Shown here: positions 1 to 9,666 of the stretch, piece by piece
Layout: the number at the start of each line of letters is the position of its first letter
How positions within the stretch are numbered: the stretch's first letter is position 1
Origin: Ruminococcus sp.
GTDB lineage: Bacteria; Bacillota; Clostridia; Oscillospirales; Ruminococcaceae
NCBI GenBank assembly: GCA_017534835.1
Contig: JAFXVT010000029.1
Coordinates: 23,564-87,563, forward strand
Length of the DNA stretch: 64,000 bases
Reading direction: 5' to 3'
Made by a program: the position numbers and the translations under genes
The notes under the pieces: model-generated
The model's input: the letters and a program-made list of their open reading frames with translations, nothing else
The model's database searches: none
What the model was told of the DNA's origin: nothing

Positions 1-1309
1 TGCTCCGATAATTATACTGATATATGCGTTCGCTGTGAACTGGAAGCTGGGACTTGCGGCGCTCATCACGGTGCCGTTAGGGGTTATCTGCTATATGCTA
101 ATGATGTTCGGATATGAGGAGAATTACAGCAGGACCGTCCGTGCCACAAAGGCGCTCAATGCGGTCACAACGGAATATATAAACGGCATTGAAGTCATCA
201 AGGTGTTCGGCAAGGCACAGTCCAGCTATGAAAAATTCGCTGCTGCCGCCAAAGAGAGTGCGGCGAGCTTTGTGGACTGGATGCGCAAATGCAACGTGTA
301 TATGACCTTTGCTATGTGCATCATGCCTGCGACAATGCTTTCCGTTCTGCCCATCGGCGGTATTATGACCATGCATGGCACGATCAGTACAGTCGATTTT
401 ATCACGGTCATTATTCTGACGGTCGGGCTCATCGAACCGCTGCTCGGTATCATGTCCTATTCCGATGACATTGCTCAAATGGACACGATCGTGACAGAGG
501 TCAGAAATATCATAGACGCACCCGAAATGGTACGCCCCGAAAAGCTGACAAAAACGATGAGCGGCGGCGATATTGAGCTGCATGATATCCACTTCGGCTA
601 TGATGACAAGGAGATCATCCACGGTATTTCCTTGACGATCCATAAGGGCGAATTTATCGCACTTGTCGGACCTTCCGGCAGCGGAAAATCCACTGTTGCA
701 AGGCTTATCGCGAGCCTTTGGGACGTCAGCAGCGGAAGCATTTCGCTTGGCGGCGTAAACATCAAAGACATTCCTCTTGACGATTATAACAGCAGGATCG
801 CTTACGTTTCGCAAGATAATTATCTCTTTGATCTGACTGTACGTGAAAATATCCGTCTTGGTAACCAGTCAGCGACCGACAGTGAGGTTGAGGAAGCGGC
901 AAGGAAATGCGGCTGCCATGAGTTCATCATGAGCCTTGAAAACGGCTATGATACAGTTGTCGGCTCGTCAGGCGGACATCTTTCCGGCGGCGAACGGCAG
1001 CGAATAGCAATTGCAAGGGCAATGCTCAAAAATGCGGAGATCATTATTCTCGATGAAGCAACTGCTTACACAGATCCCGAAAATGAAGCAGTCATTCAGA
1101 AGAGCGTAGCAAAGCTCGTTGAAGGAAAAACGCTTATTGTTATCGCACACAGGCTCTCGACTGTGAAGAACGCCGACAGGCTCTATGTCATCAAGGACGG
1201 TATTGCAGCCGAACAGGGAACGCACAAAGAACTGCTCGCACAGAACGGACTGTACAGCAAAATGTGGGCGGCACATATTTCAGCAAAGGACGGTGAGGAC
1301 GATGTTTAA
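1..1309 (+). CDS. ABC transporter ATP-binding/permease protein (exporter type), 5' end outside window
   Basis: Transmembrane helices followed by a nucleotide-binding domain with Walker [10 protein letters not shown], signature LSGGERQR and Walker B IIILDEAT. The reading frame is open to the window edge. Its stop overlaps the next start (ATGTTTAA). Confidence 0.9.
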   Translation, partial: APIIILIYAFAVNWKLGLAALITVPLGVICYMLMMFGYEENYSRTVRATKALNAVTTEYINGIEVIKVFGKAQSSYEKFAAAAKESAASFVDWMRKCNVYMTFAMCIMPATMLSVLPIGGIMTMHGTISTVDFITVIILTVGLIEPLLGIMSYSDDIAQMDTIVTEVRNIIDAPEMVRPEKLTKTMSGGDIELHDIHFGYDDKEIIHGISLTIHKGEFIALVGPSGSGKSTVARLIASLWDVSSGSISLGGVNIKDIPLDDYNSRIAYVSQDNYLFDLTVRENIRLGNQSATDSEVEEAARKCGCHEFIMSLENGYDTVVGSSGGHLSGGERQRIAIARAMLKNAEIIILDEATAYTDPENEAVIQKSVAKLVEGKTLIVIAHRLSTVKNADRLYVIKDGIAAEQGTHKELLAQNGLYSKMWAAHISAKDGEDDV

Positions 1310-3035
1310 GATACTGAAAAACTTCTTTGATTTCTGCAATGCGGAGGACAGAAAACGCTTCTATATTTCCATTGCCCTGAACCTGTTGCAGGCAATGTTT
1401 GAAGCACTGAAAATACCTGCTATCGCTTGTATGGTGACTGCACTCCTTGATAAAAACGTGACCTCAAAAACCTGCCTGACCTGTCTTTGTATAATGCTTG
1501 TGAGCGTGGTCGGTGCAGGCATTGCAAAGAGCAAAGCGACTATGCTCCAGACTGAGGGCGGCTATAACACCTGTGCTAACAAGCGTATGCAGCTTGCGGA
1601 GCATCTGCGTTATCTGCCAATGGGCTATTACAACGAAAACAGCCTCGGGCATATCATGTCGGTGACGACAAATACTATGCAGAATCTAGAAAATGTAGCG
1701 ACCCGTGTCGTTATGCTGGTTTGCTCGGGACTGCTTTCTACTGCGGTCATTACTGTTATGCTGCTGTTTTTTGACTGGCGTATCGGACTGATCCTCTGCG
1801 GCGGACTTGTGGTATTCTTCCTGATAAACAGCGGAATGATGAAAGAATCGGCAAGTATGGCGAAGCAGAAAGTTGAGAAGGATTCTGCGCTCGTTGCAAA
1901 GGTCATTGAGTACATTCAGGGCATTTTCGAGGTCAGGACATTCCGGCTGACCGGCAAACGCAGTAAAGATCTCAACACTGCAATAGACGAGAACGAACAC
2001 GCAAATTCGGCTATGGAGTTAAAGCTTATTCCCTATATGACACTGCAAAGCTTCTGGCTGAAAGCGCTCGGAACGATCATCGTGCTGGTATCGGTCCTTC
2101 TGCATATCGGCGGAAGAATGGACTTACTCACAACAATTATTATGATCATCAGCTCATATCTGATCTACGCACAGCTTGATAATGCCGGCAAATATTCCGC
2201 ACTGCTCAGAACAGTCGATGTATCGGTCAGGAAGGCGCAGGAGATCCTTGCAACGCCGCAGATGGATATTTCCGGGCAGGATATTGCACCTGCACATTTT
2301 GACATAACAGCGGAAAATATCGGCTTTGCATATGAGCAGAGAAAGATAATCGACGGCATTTCACTGCATATCCCCGAGCGGACAACTACGGCTATCGTCG
2401 GGCCGTCCGGCGGCGGTAAAACTACTTTGACTTCACTTTTATCCCGCTTTTGGGATGTGGACGAGGGCAAAGTCACTCTTGGCGGCAGAGATGTGAGAGA
2501 ATACAGTATGGACGCGCTGATGAAGAATTACAGCTTTGTGTTCCAGCGTGTGTACCTGTTTGCGGATACCATAGCCAATAATATCCGTTTCGGACAGCCT
2601 GATGCCCCCATAGAAAGGGTCATAGATGCGGCGAAAAAGGCCTGCTGCCATGACTTTATCATGCAGCTTCCCGACGGGTACGATACCGTCATCGGAGAAG
2701 GCGGCGCAAGTCTCTCGGGCGGCGAAAAGCAGCGCATTTCCATTGCCCGTGCTATTATGAAGGACGCTCCGATAATAGTCCTTGATGAGGCGACTGCAAA
2801 TGTTGATCCCGAAAACGAAGCCGACCTGATGAAAGCGATAGACGCACTGACCAGAGAAAAGACCATTATTATGATAGCACACAGGCTGAAAACCGTCCGA
2901 AATGCCGATCAGATACTTGTTATAGATAGTGGCAGGATAGCACAGCAAGGTACACACGATACGCTTATGCAGTCGGACGGCATTTACCGGAGATTCGTTG
3001 AAAGCAGACGTGAAGCTGCCTCGTGGAGACTATAA
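1302..3035 (+). CDS. ABC transporter ATP-binding/permease protein (second half of a heterodimeric exporter pair)
   Basis: In-frame ATG at 1302 overlaps the upstream stop. Six-helix transmembrane region, then GPSGGGKTT, LSGGEKQR, IIVLDEAT. Confidence 0.9.
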   Translation: MFKILKNFFDFCNAEDRKRFYISIALNLLQAMFEALKIPAIACMVTALLDKNVTSKTCLTCLCIMLVSVVGAGIAKSKATMLQTEGGYNTCANKRMQLAEHLRYLPMGYYNENSLGHIMSVTTNTMQNLENVATRVVMLVCSGLLSTAVITVMLLFFDWRIGLILCGGLVVFFLINSGMMKESASMAKQKVEKDSALVAKVIEYIQGIFEVRTFRLTGKRSKDLNTAIDENEHANSAMELKLIPYMTLQSFWLKALGTIIVLVSVLLHIGGRMDLLTTIIMIISSYLIYAQLDNAGKYSALLRTVDVSVRKAQEILATPQMDISGQDIAPAHFDITAENIGFAYEQRKIIDGISLHIPERTTTAIVGPSGGGKTTLTSLLSRFWDVDEGKVTLGGRDVREYSMDALMKNYSFVFQRVYLFADTIANNIRFGQPDAPIERVIDAAKKACCHDFIMQLPDGYDTVIGEGGASLSGGEKQRISIARAIMKDAPIIVLDEATANVDPENEADLMKAIDALTREKTIIMIAHRLKTVRNADQILVIDSGRIAQQGTHDTLMQSDGIYRRFVESRREAASWRL

Positions 3036-3779
3036 ATGGCAGGACTTTTTACGGCAGACATTGAAAACAGAGGACTTGTACTGGATCCACGAACAAAGCT
3101 GATCGTGATGATAACACTTGTAGTATTTGCTCTCGGCGGTACAGGCAGCGATATTGAGACTGTCCGATATGGTACGACAGCTTTGAGCATTCTGCCGCTT
3201 ATTTTTCTCATGACTGCAAAGCAATACAAAAAGGCTGCTGTGTTCGGCAGCCTGTATGCGTTGATAAAGTCAGCGGAGATCTTCCTCGTACCGCATATCA
3301 CAGGTGCCGTACTGAGCGTTATCGGACTATGCTGTCTGATATTTGTCCGGCTGATGCCCGGGCTTATCATGGGCGCGTATATGCTCTCGTCAACGACGGT
3401 CAGCGAATTCATTGCAGCGATGCACCGGATGCACATTCCGCAGCAGATCACGATACCGCTGTCTGTGATGTTCCGTTTCTTTCCGACCGTACTGGAGGAA
3501 TTTGCAGCGATCAACACAGCAATGAAAATGCGTGACATTCGCATCGGGGGCAAAAATGCAGGTAAGTTCATAGAGTACCGCCTTGTGCCGCTCATGGTCT
3601 GCTCAGTGAATATCGGCAGTGAGCTGTCAGCGGCTGCATTGACTCGTGGGCTCGGCACAAAAGTCAAACGGACAAATATCTGCAAGATCGGTTTTCATAT
3701 TCAGGATATTGCCGTACTTCTGCTGACAGCGGCACTTTATATGCTATGGATTCTCGGAATGATCGGAGTTGTAAAATGA
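3036..3779 (+). CDS. Energy-coupling factor (ECF) transporter transmembrane T component (EcfT/CbiQ-like)
   Basis: ATG directly abuts the upstream TAA. 247-aa polytopic protein with the EcfT-type C-terminal Arg-containing coupling helices (MKMRDIRIGG ... ALTRGLG). Followed by a duplicated ECF-type ATPase. Confidence 0.75.
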   Translation: MAGLFTADIENRGLVLDPRTKLIVMITLVVFALGGTGSDIETVRYGTTALSILPLIFLMTAKQYKKAAVFGSLYALIKSAEIFLVPHITGAVLSVIGLCCLIFVRLMPGLIMGAYMLSSTTVSEFIAAMHRMHIPQQITIPLSVMFRFFPTVLEEFAAINTAMKMRDIRIGGKNAGKFIEYRLVPLMVCSVNIGSELSAAALTRGLGTKVKRTNICKIGFHIQDIAVLLLTAALYMLWILGMIGVVK

Positions 3780-5224
3780 CAGATACAGCTATACTGAAAA
3801 ATGTCTCTTTCCGCTATGCAAACGGAGATACCGGAGCGCTGGATCATCTCGACCTGACCATAAAGCAGGGCGAATGCGTTCTGCTCTGTGGCAGCTCCGG
3901 CTGCGGAAAAACAACGGTGACAAGGTTGCTGAACGGACTTATCCCCCATTATTATGAAGGAACGCTTGACGGCGAAGTGTCTGTCATGGGAAAGAATATC
4001 TGTGATACCCCGATAGAAGATCTTGCAGGCATTGTCGGGAGTGTGTTCCAGAATCCGAGGAGCCAGTTTTTCTGTGTTGACACTACAGCCGAGATCGCAT
4101 TCGGATGCGAGAATATGGGACTCTCCGAAACGGAAATACAAAATAGAATAGACAAAACCGTTGCAGATATGCGCATTGAAAAACTCCTAAACCGCAGTAT
4201 TTTCAATCTGTCAGGCGGTGAAAAACAGAAGATCGCCTGTGCGGGTGTGGCGGCGATGCTGCCGGAACTGATCGTACTGGATGAGCCGACATCAAACCTT
4301 GACCTTGATGCAATAAATGAACTGCGCGACATCATACGAAGATGGAAGGCGCAGGGTAAAACGATCGTCATTGCGGAACACAGGCTGGGCTGGCTCAGCG
4401 GATCATGTGACAGGGTCATATATATGGAAAACGGCAGTATCTCCGCAGTGTTTACAGGTGAAGCATTCTTTTCTCTGCCGGAGGAAAAGCTAAGCAGTAT
4501 GGGGCTTCGTGCGGTTCTGACAGCCAAGAATTACCTTGAAAGCAAAACGGGATTGACACAGATAAAGCTATTTGAGGGCAATGAAAAGATAACGCTCAAT
4601 GGTTTCGTATATGGCTACGGAAAGCAAGAAGTGCTCCATATTTCGGAGCTTGCTATACCGAAAGGCGCAGTCATTGCTGTGGTCGGTCACAACGGTGCGG
4701 GAAAATCCACGTTCACGAAATGTCTGTGCGGACTGCAAAATCGCTTCAAAGGCACGGTCAATATCAACGGGAAAACATATCGCTCAAGGGATATGGTTCG
4801 GCTTTCATATATGGTCATGCAGGACGTGAATCATCAGCTCTTTGCAGAAACAGTACTGGAAGAAGTGATGCTCGGTGCCGATGATCCCAGTGAACAAACT
4901 GCGCTGAACATTCTTCAAAAGCTCCATATTTCAGAATACAAAGAACGGCATCCTATGTCCCTTTCCGGCGGACAGAAGCAGCGTGCTGCGATCGCTTCTG
5001 CATTGCTTGCAGGAAAGAAATTGCTCGTATTTGACGAGCCCACAAGCGGACTCGATCACCGCAGTATGGAATGTACGGCGGAGCTTCTGCGCTCGCTGGA
5101 TAAGGATATTACTGTGCTGATCGTGACCCATGATATGGAACTGATCGACCGTTGCTGCACCCATATCCTACATATTGAAAACGGCGGTATCGAAAGCGGA
5201 TGTATCGGAAATGGAGCAATATGA
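3776..5224 (+). CDS. ECF transporter ATPase with two fused ABC domains
   Basis: ATGA overlap with the T-component stop. Two nucleotide-binding domains: GSSGCGKTT/LSGGEKQK/LIVLDEPT and [25 protein letters not shown]. Confidence 0.9.
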   Translation: MTDTAILKNVSFRYANGDTGALDHLDLTIKQGECVLLCGSSGCGKTTVTRLLNGLIPHYYEGTLDGEVSVMGKNICDTPIEDLAGIVGSVFQNPRSQFFCVDTTAEIAFGCENMGLSETEIQNRIDKTVADMRIEKLLNRSIFNLSGGEKQKIACAGVAAMLPELIVLDEPTSNLDLDAINELRDIIRRWKAQGKTIVIAEHRLGWLSGSCDRVIYMENGSISAVFTGEAFFSLPEEKLSSMGLRAVLTAKNYLESKTGLTQIKLFEGNEKITLNGFVYGYGKQEVLHISELAIPKGAVIAVVGHNGAGKSTFTKCLCGLQNRFKGTVNINGKTYRSRDMVRLSYMVMQDVNHQLFAETVLEEVMLGADDPSEQTALNILQKLHISEYKERHPMSLSGGQKQRAAIASALLAGKKLLVFDEPTSGLDHRSMECTAELLRSLDKDITVLIVTHDMELIDRCCTHILHIENGGIESGCIGNGAI

Positions 5225-5388
5225 AACAGACGCTTTCTTTTAGGACACAGGCAAGCGTGAACATATCCCGAAAACGATCCGCATCGTCAGCCTTGTGTTC
5301 CCGTTTTCTGGACTGATACCTGTGTTATCTGACGAGCGTGGCAAGCTCTGCGTATCGTAAGTTATAGGATAGTATTGCATTTGTATAT

Positions 5389-5464
5389 AATATGAGAACT
5401 TTCTCACTTTCTGTTGACAGCTCTTTGAGCTTGTGGTATATCAAAGGTGAGGGAGTTCTCATAT
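5389..5464. repeat. 18-nt inverted repeat (ATATGAGAACTTTCTCAC / GTGAGGGAGTTCTCATAT) bracketing a promoter
   Basis: Arms at 5389-5406 and 5446-5463 are complementary except for 2 central positions. The right arm is followed by TTTTTT. Confidence 0.6.
5413..5441 (+). promoter_or_regulatory. Sigma-A-like promoter for the aldo/keto reductase-TetR-hydrolase genes
   Basis: TTGACA, 17-nt spacer, TATATC, with TG one base upstream of the -10 (extended -10). Confidence 0.5.
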
Positions 5465-5485
5465 TTTTTGGAAGGCGGCGTTAGT

Positions 5486-6424
5486 ATGGGGTATATTGAA
5501 GCGAAAGCAGTCATCGGTACGAACTCATGGGGCGGCAAGGCTTACGGAAAAGCTGTCCGGGGCAGCTATGTTCCGGACAGCGTTATAAAGGACGCTATGC
5601 GTGAAGCTGTAAAACAGGGACTTATGATATACGATCTTGCCCGAGATTACGGACTTGGTAAGGCTCAGAAAATGTTCGGAGATCTTGCGGAGGAGATCGG
5701 TAAAGATCATATCATAATATCTGCCAAATACACTCCCTTTACCCATTACAAGAGAAACTGTGTCCGCAAATCTCTGGAAAAAGATCTTGCTGACTTCAGA
5801 CGCAGCTATGTGGATATTTACTTGCTGCATTTGCCTGCGGATATCGAACAGCACCTTGCAGAGATCATTGAGCTTTTCAATGAGGGTAAGATCCGCAATA
5901 TCGGCGTATCGAATTTCACACTTGAAGAATGCAGGCTTGCAAAGCGTATACTTGACAAAGCAGGAATACCGCTGTACGGTGTGCAGAATCATTACAGCCT
6001 GATCTCACGTGAATGGGAAAAGAACGGTCTGCTTGACTGGTGCAAAGAGAATGGCATATCGTTCTGGGCGTGGGCGGTGCTTGAAGAAGGTATGCTCACT
6101 GATCCGAGAGTAAAAACAAAATTCTCGCTGATGAAATTCTTCATGAACCGTCAAAAACGTAAAATGTTCGAGCTTTACAGAGTGATGATCGCAGTTGCAA
6201 AGCGGCATGATATCACCGTTCCGCAGGTAGCTGAGGCTTACTGCGTAAACAAGGGCGTTGTCCCGGTATGCGGCTGTCGGAAACCGAAGCAGGTCAGGGA
6301 ACTTGCAGAAGCGGTGAATGTTAAGCTCACATCGGGAGAGGTACGCAAACTCGAAGAAGCGGCAGATAAGTCCGGTGCAAAGATACTCGGTCACGATCTG
6401 TTCAGATTCGCAGTACCTAAGTAA
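5486..6424 (+). CDS. Aldo/keto reductase
   Basis: Translation shows an AKR fold pattern (IGTNSWGG, DLARDYG, YLLHLP, IGVSNF). The ATG at 5486 is preferred over the GTG at 5447 because of the upstream GGAAGGCGG. Confidence 0.8.
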   Translation: MGYIEAKAVIGTNSWGGKAYGKAVRGSYVPDSVIKDAMREAVKQGLMIYDLARDYGLGKAQKMFGDLAEEIGKDHIIISAKYTPFTHYKRNCVRKSLEKDLADFRRSYVDIYLLHLPADIEQHLAEIIELFNEGKIRNIGVSNFTLEECRLAKRILDKAGIPLYGVQNHYSLISREWEKNGLLDWCKENGISFWAWAVLEEGMLTDPRVKTKFSLMKFFMNRQKRKMFELYRVMIAVAKRHDITVPQVAEAYCVNKGVVPVCGCRKPKQVRELAEAVNVKLTSGEVRKLEEAADKSGAKILGHDLFRFAVPK

Positions 6425-6434
6425 AGGAGCTGAC

Positions 6435-7055
6435 ATGGAGAAAAAGGTAAAGCCTGTGCAGGCAAGGTCGCAGAAAACGAGGGACGAACTGCTGAAAGCG
6501 GCGCTTGCGATGTATGAAAAGAAAGGCTATCAGAAAACAACGGTCGACGATATTGCGGCAGAAGCGGGAGTTTCCACGGGTATCGCTTACAGATACTTCA
6601 GGAATAAAAAGGATATCCTGCTCTCGGTCATATCTTACGGTGCGGAACATATCAGTCATATCGCTGATATAGATGATACCGCCATTCCCGAAGCTGTCAC
6701 GGATATACGGCGGTACCTTGAAGCGATACTGAAAGCGTTTGAGGGATTTCATATCAAGTACCGTGATATCCATGAGGAACTTGAGGGCTTGAAGCATACG
6801 GATGAAGATGTGAGAAAGCTCTACAGCGAGATAACCGAAGATAAGATGAAAGAAGTCACATCAAGACTTGCGGCGTTCCTGCATGATGATACAAATATCC
6901 GCGAAAAAGCGTATGCGGCGATAAGCATTATGGAACAGCACTGCCATATGATGATGAATAATGAGCTGTACGGGCTGAATGCCGGCATCATGCGGGATCT
7001 GGCGGTAAATGCGGTGCTGAGCATTCTGAAAGGAGTAAAGTCAGATGAAACGTGA
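6435..7055 (+). CDS. TetR/AcrR family transcriptional regulator
   Basis: N-terminal helix-turn-helix TVDDIAAEAGVSTGIAYRYFRNKKDIL. AAGGAG 8 nt upstream of the ATG at 6435. Confidence 0.85.
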   Translation: MEKKVKPVQARSQKTRDELLKAALAMYEKKGYQKTTVDDIAAEAGVSTGIAYRYFRNKKDILLSVISYGAEHISHIADIDDTAIPEAVTDIRRYLEAILKAFEGFHIKYRDIHEELEGLKHTDEDVRKLYSEITEDKMKEVTSRLAAFLHDDTNIREKAYAAISIMEQHCHMMMNNELYGLNAGIMRDLAVNAVLSILKGVKSDET

Positions 7056-7968
7056 ATACTTTGATACGAAAGAGGACGGCTTTTACGGAGCATACTACAA
7101 GAATCCCAGGACCTGCAACAAGGGTGTTATACTTATGCTCGGTGACAAGATCGACGATCTTATGGTAAAAATTGGCGTCAAATGGCTTCATCAGAATGGC
7201 TGCAATGTGCTGGCTATGGCTTCGGACACAAAGGACTACGCCTACCACGATTATCCGATAGAATCTTTTGAAAAAGCGATCAATGTGCTTAAAAGCCGGG
7301 GCAATGTAAAGTTTGGTATGATCGGTGCATCCACAACGGCAATGATATCTCTTGCGGCAGCATCGTATATCCCCGAAATAACACTGACGATCGCTCTTTC
7401 GCCGTCTGATTTCATCATGGAGGGCTTTTATCGTGACGGGCTTGACGGCGCAAGGGAACGTTCCGGCGATCGCGAATCCACGCTTTCCTACCGGGGCAAA
7501 AGCCTTCCGTTTCTGCCCTATGCCTACCGTCACCCCGAATACTGGCAGAAGCTCAGTGATGAAGCAAAACGCAGGGGCGATATGGCGGCAGCAAGGGATA
7601 TGTTCGATCTTTCGGAACAGCTTTGCCCTCTGACCGAGGATATGAAGATAAAGGTGGAGAAGATAAAGGGCACTCTGGTGCTTGTGGGAGCGCAGGACGA
7701 TTCATTGTGGGATACCTGCCGGTACATCGACAGAATGACCGAGCGTCTTAAAGCTACGCCTCATCAATGCCGTGTCGCAAAGCTGACGTATCAGTACGGC
7801 TCGCATTTTGTATTTCCTCAGTCGATGCTTGAAATAGTCCTGCCATTCGGCTCTACGCTTCTTTTAAAACTGGCATTCACGACCCTGAAAAAACACCCTG
7901 AGGAGTGCAAACAAACCCGTATCGACATTGACAGGCGGCTTAGCAGGATCATAAAAGAGTGGCAATGA
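7045..7968 (+). CDS. Alpha/beta hydrolase-fold protein (BAAT/acyl-CoA thioesterase C-terminal-like)
   Basis: 307-aa ORF overlapping the TetR stop. Nucleophile-elbow-like GMIGASTTAM. Family assignment is tentative. Confidence 0.55.
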   Translation: MKREYFDTKEDGFYGAYYKNPRTCNKGVILMLGDKIDDLMVKIGVKWLHQNGCNVLAMASDTKDYAYHDYPIESFEKAINVLKSRGNVKFGMIGASTTAMISLAAASYIPEITLTIALSPSDFIMEGFYRDGLDGARERSGDRESTLSYRGKSLPFLPYAYRHPEYWQKLSDEAKRRGDMAAARDMFDLSEQLCPLTEDMKIKVEKIKGTLVLVGAQDDSLWDTCRYIDRMTERLKATPHQCRVAKLTYQYGSHFVFPQSMLEIVLPFGSTLLLKLAFTTLKKHPEECKQTRIDIDRRLSRIIKEWQ

Positions 7969-8056
7969 AGTACAATTGCTTTCCACACGATCAGTGGATA
8001 TACAAATGATAATGTTCTCTTTACGGTTGATGAGGGTAACGCCCTTTTCGGTAAAG

Positions 8057-8203
8057 GGGAAGTATATCGCCGCGTGCCCTTGCTATTCCAGACATAATAT
8101 GATATAAGCGGCATGTCGCCGCAGCCTGTGTCGCGGCTGAGTTCTTCGGAACGGGAGTATATCGCCGCGCCCCTTGCTATTTCAGGTATAATATGATATA
8201 ATC
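8057..8203 (+). repeat. Two imperfect direct copies (~50 bp, 94 bp apart) each carrying -35/-10-like hexamers
   Basis: 8057-8109 GGGGAAGTATATCGCCGCGTGCCCTTGCTATTCCAGACATAATATGATATAAGC versus 8151-8203 ACGGGAGTATATCGCCGCGCCCCTTGCTATTTCAGGTATAATATGATATAATC. Confidence 0.8.
8174..8202 (+). promoter_or_regulatory. Sigma-A-like promoter (proximal copy) for the GT2-RR-HK operon
   Basis: TTGCTA, 17-nt spacer, TATAAT. The distal copy at 8080-8108 reads TTGCTA, 17-nt spacer, TATAAG. Confidence 0.5.
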
Positions 8204-8230
8204 TACATATCAAATGTCCGGAGGGCTGCT

Positions 8231-8977
8231 ATGAAGATAACTGATAAAACGGCTGTAACTGTTGTTGTACCTGCCCATAACGAAGAGAAGTACGTTGCGA
8301 GGTGCATTCGCTCTGTTCGTGAAGCTGAGAGATATTGCGGTAAAACTGTTGAGATGATCGTCGTATGCAACCGCTGCACCGACAAAACGGCTGAAATTGC
8401 TCAGAGCCTCGGTGCGCGTGTCCTGTTCAACGAGGACAGATGCATAGCAAAGGTAAGGAATGCAGGAATATTTGCCGCAAAAGGTGATGTTGTAGTAACT
8501 ATCGACTGTGATAACCGTATGACTAAGGGTACAATAAAAGAGATACTATATCTCCTCGGCACCGGAAAATACATCGGCGGCGGTGCTCCGATGAGATTCG
8601 AGCGATATTCCTTCCCATTGTTCCTGAACGATATTATGTGTCGTGTTATGTTCGGTATCACCGGGCTTTACTGCGGTATTTTCTGGGCAGAGAAAAAGTC
8701 CTTCACCGAGACTGGCGGATTTGTCGAAAAGAAGGCCATGGAGGACGCTGCTACGGCGAAACGTCTTAAAGCATACGGAAGACAGCTCGGAAAAAAATAT
8801 ACAACACTCCGCCATAACTATCTCATAAACTCAACGAGAAAATACGACGACCTCGGAGATATGCTGTATTTCAGGCTTGTTTTCTCGAATCTGACCGCCT
8901 TTGCAAAAGCCGCTCTCGGTGACAGGAGAGAACTCGACAAGCTGCTTGACAGACTGTTCTATGACTATAATAAATAG
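8231..8977 (+). CDS. Glycosyltransferase family 2
   Basis: N-terminal VVVPAHNEE, plus TIDCDN (DxD-like). GGAGGG 6 nt upstream of the ATG. Confidence 0.8.
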   Translation: MKITDKTAVTVVVPAHNEEKYVARCIRSVREAERYCGKTVEMIVVCNRCTDKTAEIAQSLGARVLFNEDRCIAKVRNAGIFAAKGDVVVTIDCDNRMTKGTIKEILYLLGTGKYIGGGAPMRFERYSFPLFLNDIMCRVMFGITGLYCGIFWAEKKSFTETGGFVEKKAMEDAATAKRLKAYGRQLGKKYTTLRHNYLINSTRKYDDLGDMLYFRLVFSNLTAFAKAALGDRRELDKLLDRLFYDYNK

Positions 8978-8985
8978 GTGATACT

Positions 8986-9666
8986 ATGAATGCAAGAATC
9001 GCAATAATAGAAGACGAACCCGATATACGAAAGCTACTTCGGGATTTCCTTGAAAAGAACGGCTGTACAGTAATGGAAGCTGCCGACGGTAAAGCTGCCT
9101 CAGCACTTCTTTCTGATGAGCAGTTCGATATGGTGCTGATGGATCTGATGCTGCCGGGTATCAGCGGTGAACGCCTTATCGCTGAGCTCCGCACACACTC
9201 GGATACTCCTGTCATCGTCATCTCGGCAAGGTCTATGACAGAGACAAGGATAGAGGTGCTTCGCCTCGGTGCGGACGATTACATAATCAAGCCGTTCGAC
9301 CTCAATGAGGTACTCGTGCGAATGGAAGTCGTGCTGCGTCGTTCAGGCGGCTCACAGCTGCCCGAAAAACTCAGCTATGCAGGTTTGACGCTCTATCCTA
9401 CAGATAATCGTGTGACATATAATGACAAGCCCGTCCCACTGACGGCAAAGGAGTTCGGGCTGCTCGTACTCTTTATGGAGCACCCTCAGAAGGTCTATTC
9501 TAAGGCAAATCTCTATGAATCCGTGTGGAACGAGGAATACTGCTTCGAGGACAATACCGTGAGCGTACACGTAAGCAACCTCCGCGCTAAGCTGAAAAAA
9601 GCGACCGGAGCTGACCTCATTGAAACTGTATGGGGTATCGGCTACAGAATGAAGGGAGCGCAATAA
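8986..9666 (+). CDS. OmpR-family response regulator
   Basis: Receiver domain (IIEDEPD, MDLMLPG, KPF) followed by a winged-helix output domain (LTAKEFGLL, TVWGIGYR). Confidence 0.95.
   Translation: MNARIAIIEDEPDIRKLLRDFLEKNGCTVMEAADGKAASALLSDEQFDMVLMDLMLPGISGERLIAELRTHSDTPVIVISARSMTETRIEVLRLGADDYIIKPFDLNEVLVRMEVVLRRSGGSQLPEKLSYAGLTLYPTDNRVTYNDKPVPLTAKEFGLLVLFMEHPQKVYSKANLYESVWNEEYCFEDNTVSVHVSNLRAKLKKATGADLIETVWGIGYRMKGAQ

Noticed and set aside
8057-8203. CRISPR-like or mobile-element terminal repeat
   Set aside because: There are only two imperfect copies, with no spacer periodicity, no cas genes or transposase, and no inverted orientation. Tandem promoter duplication explains it better.
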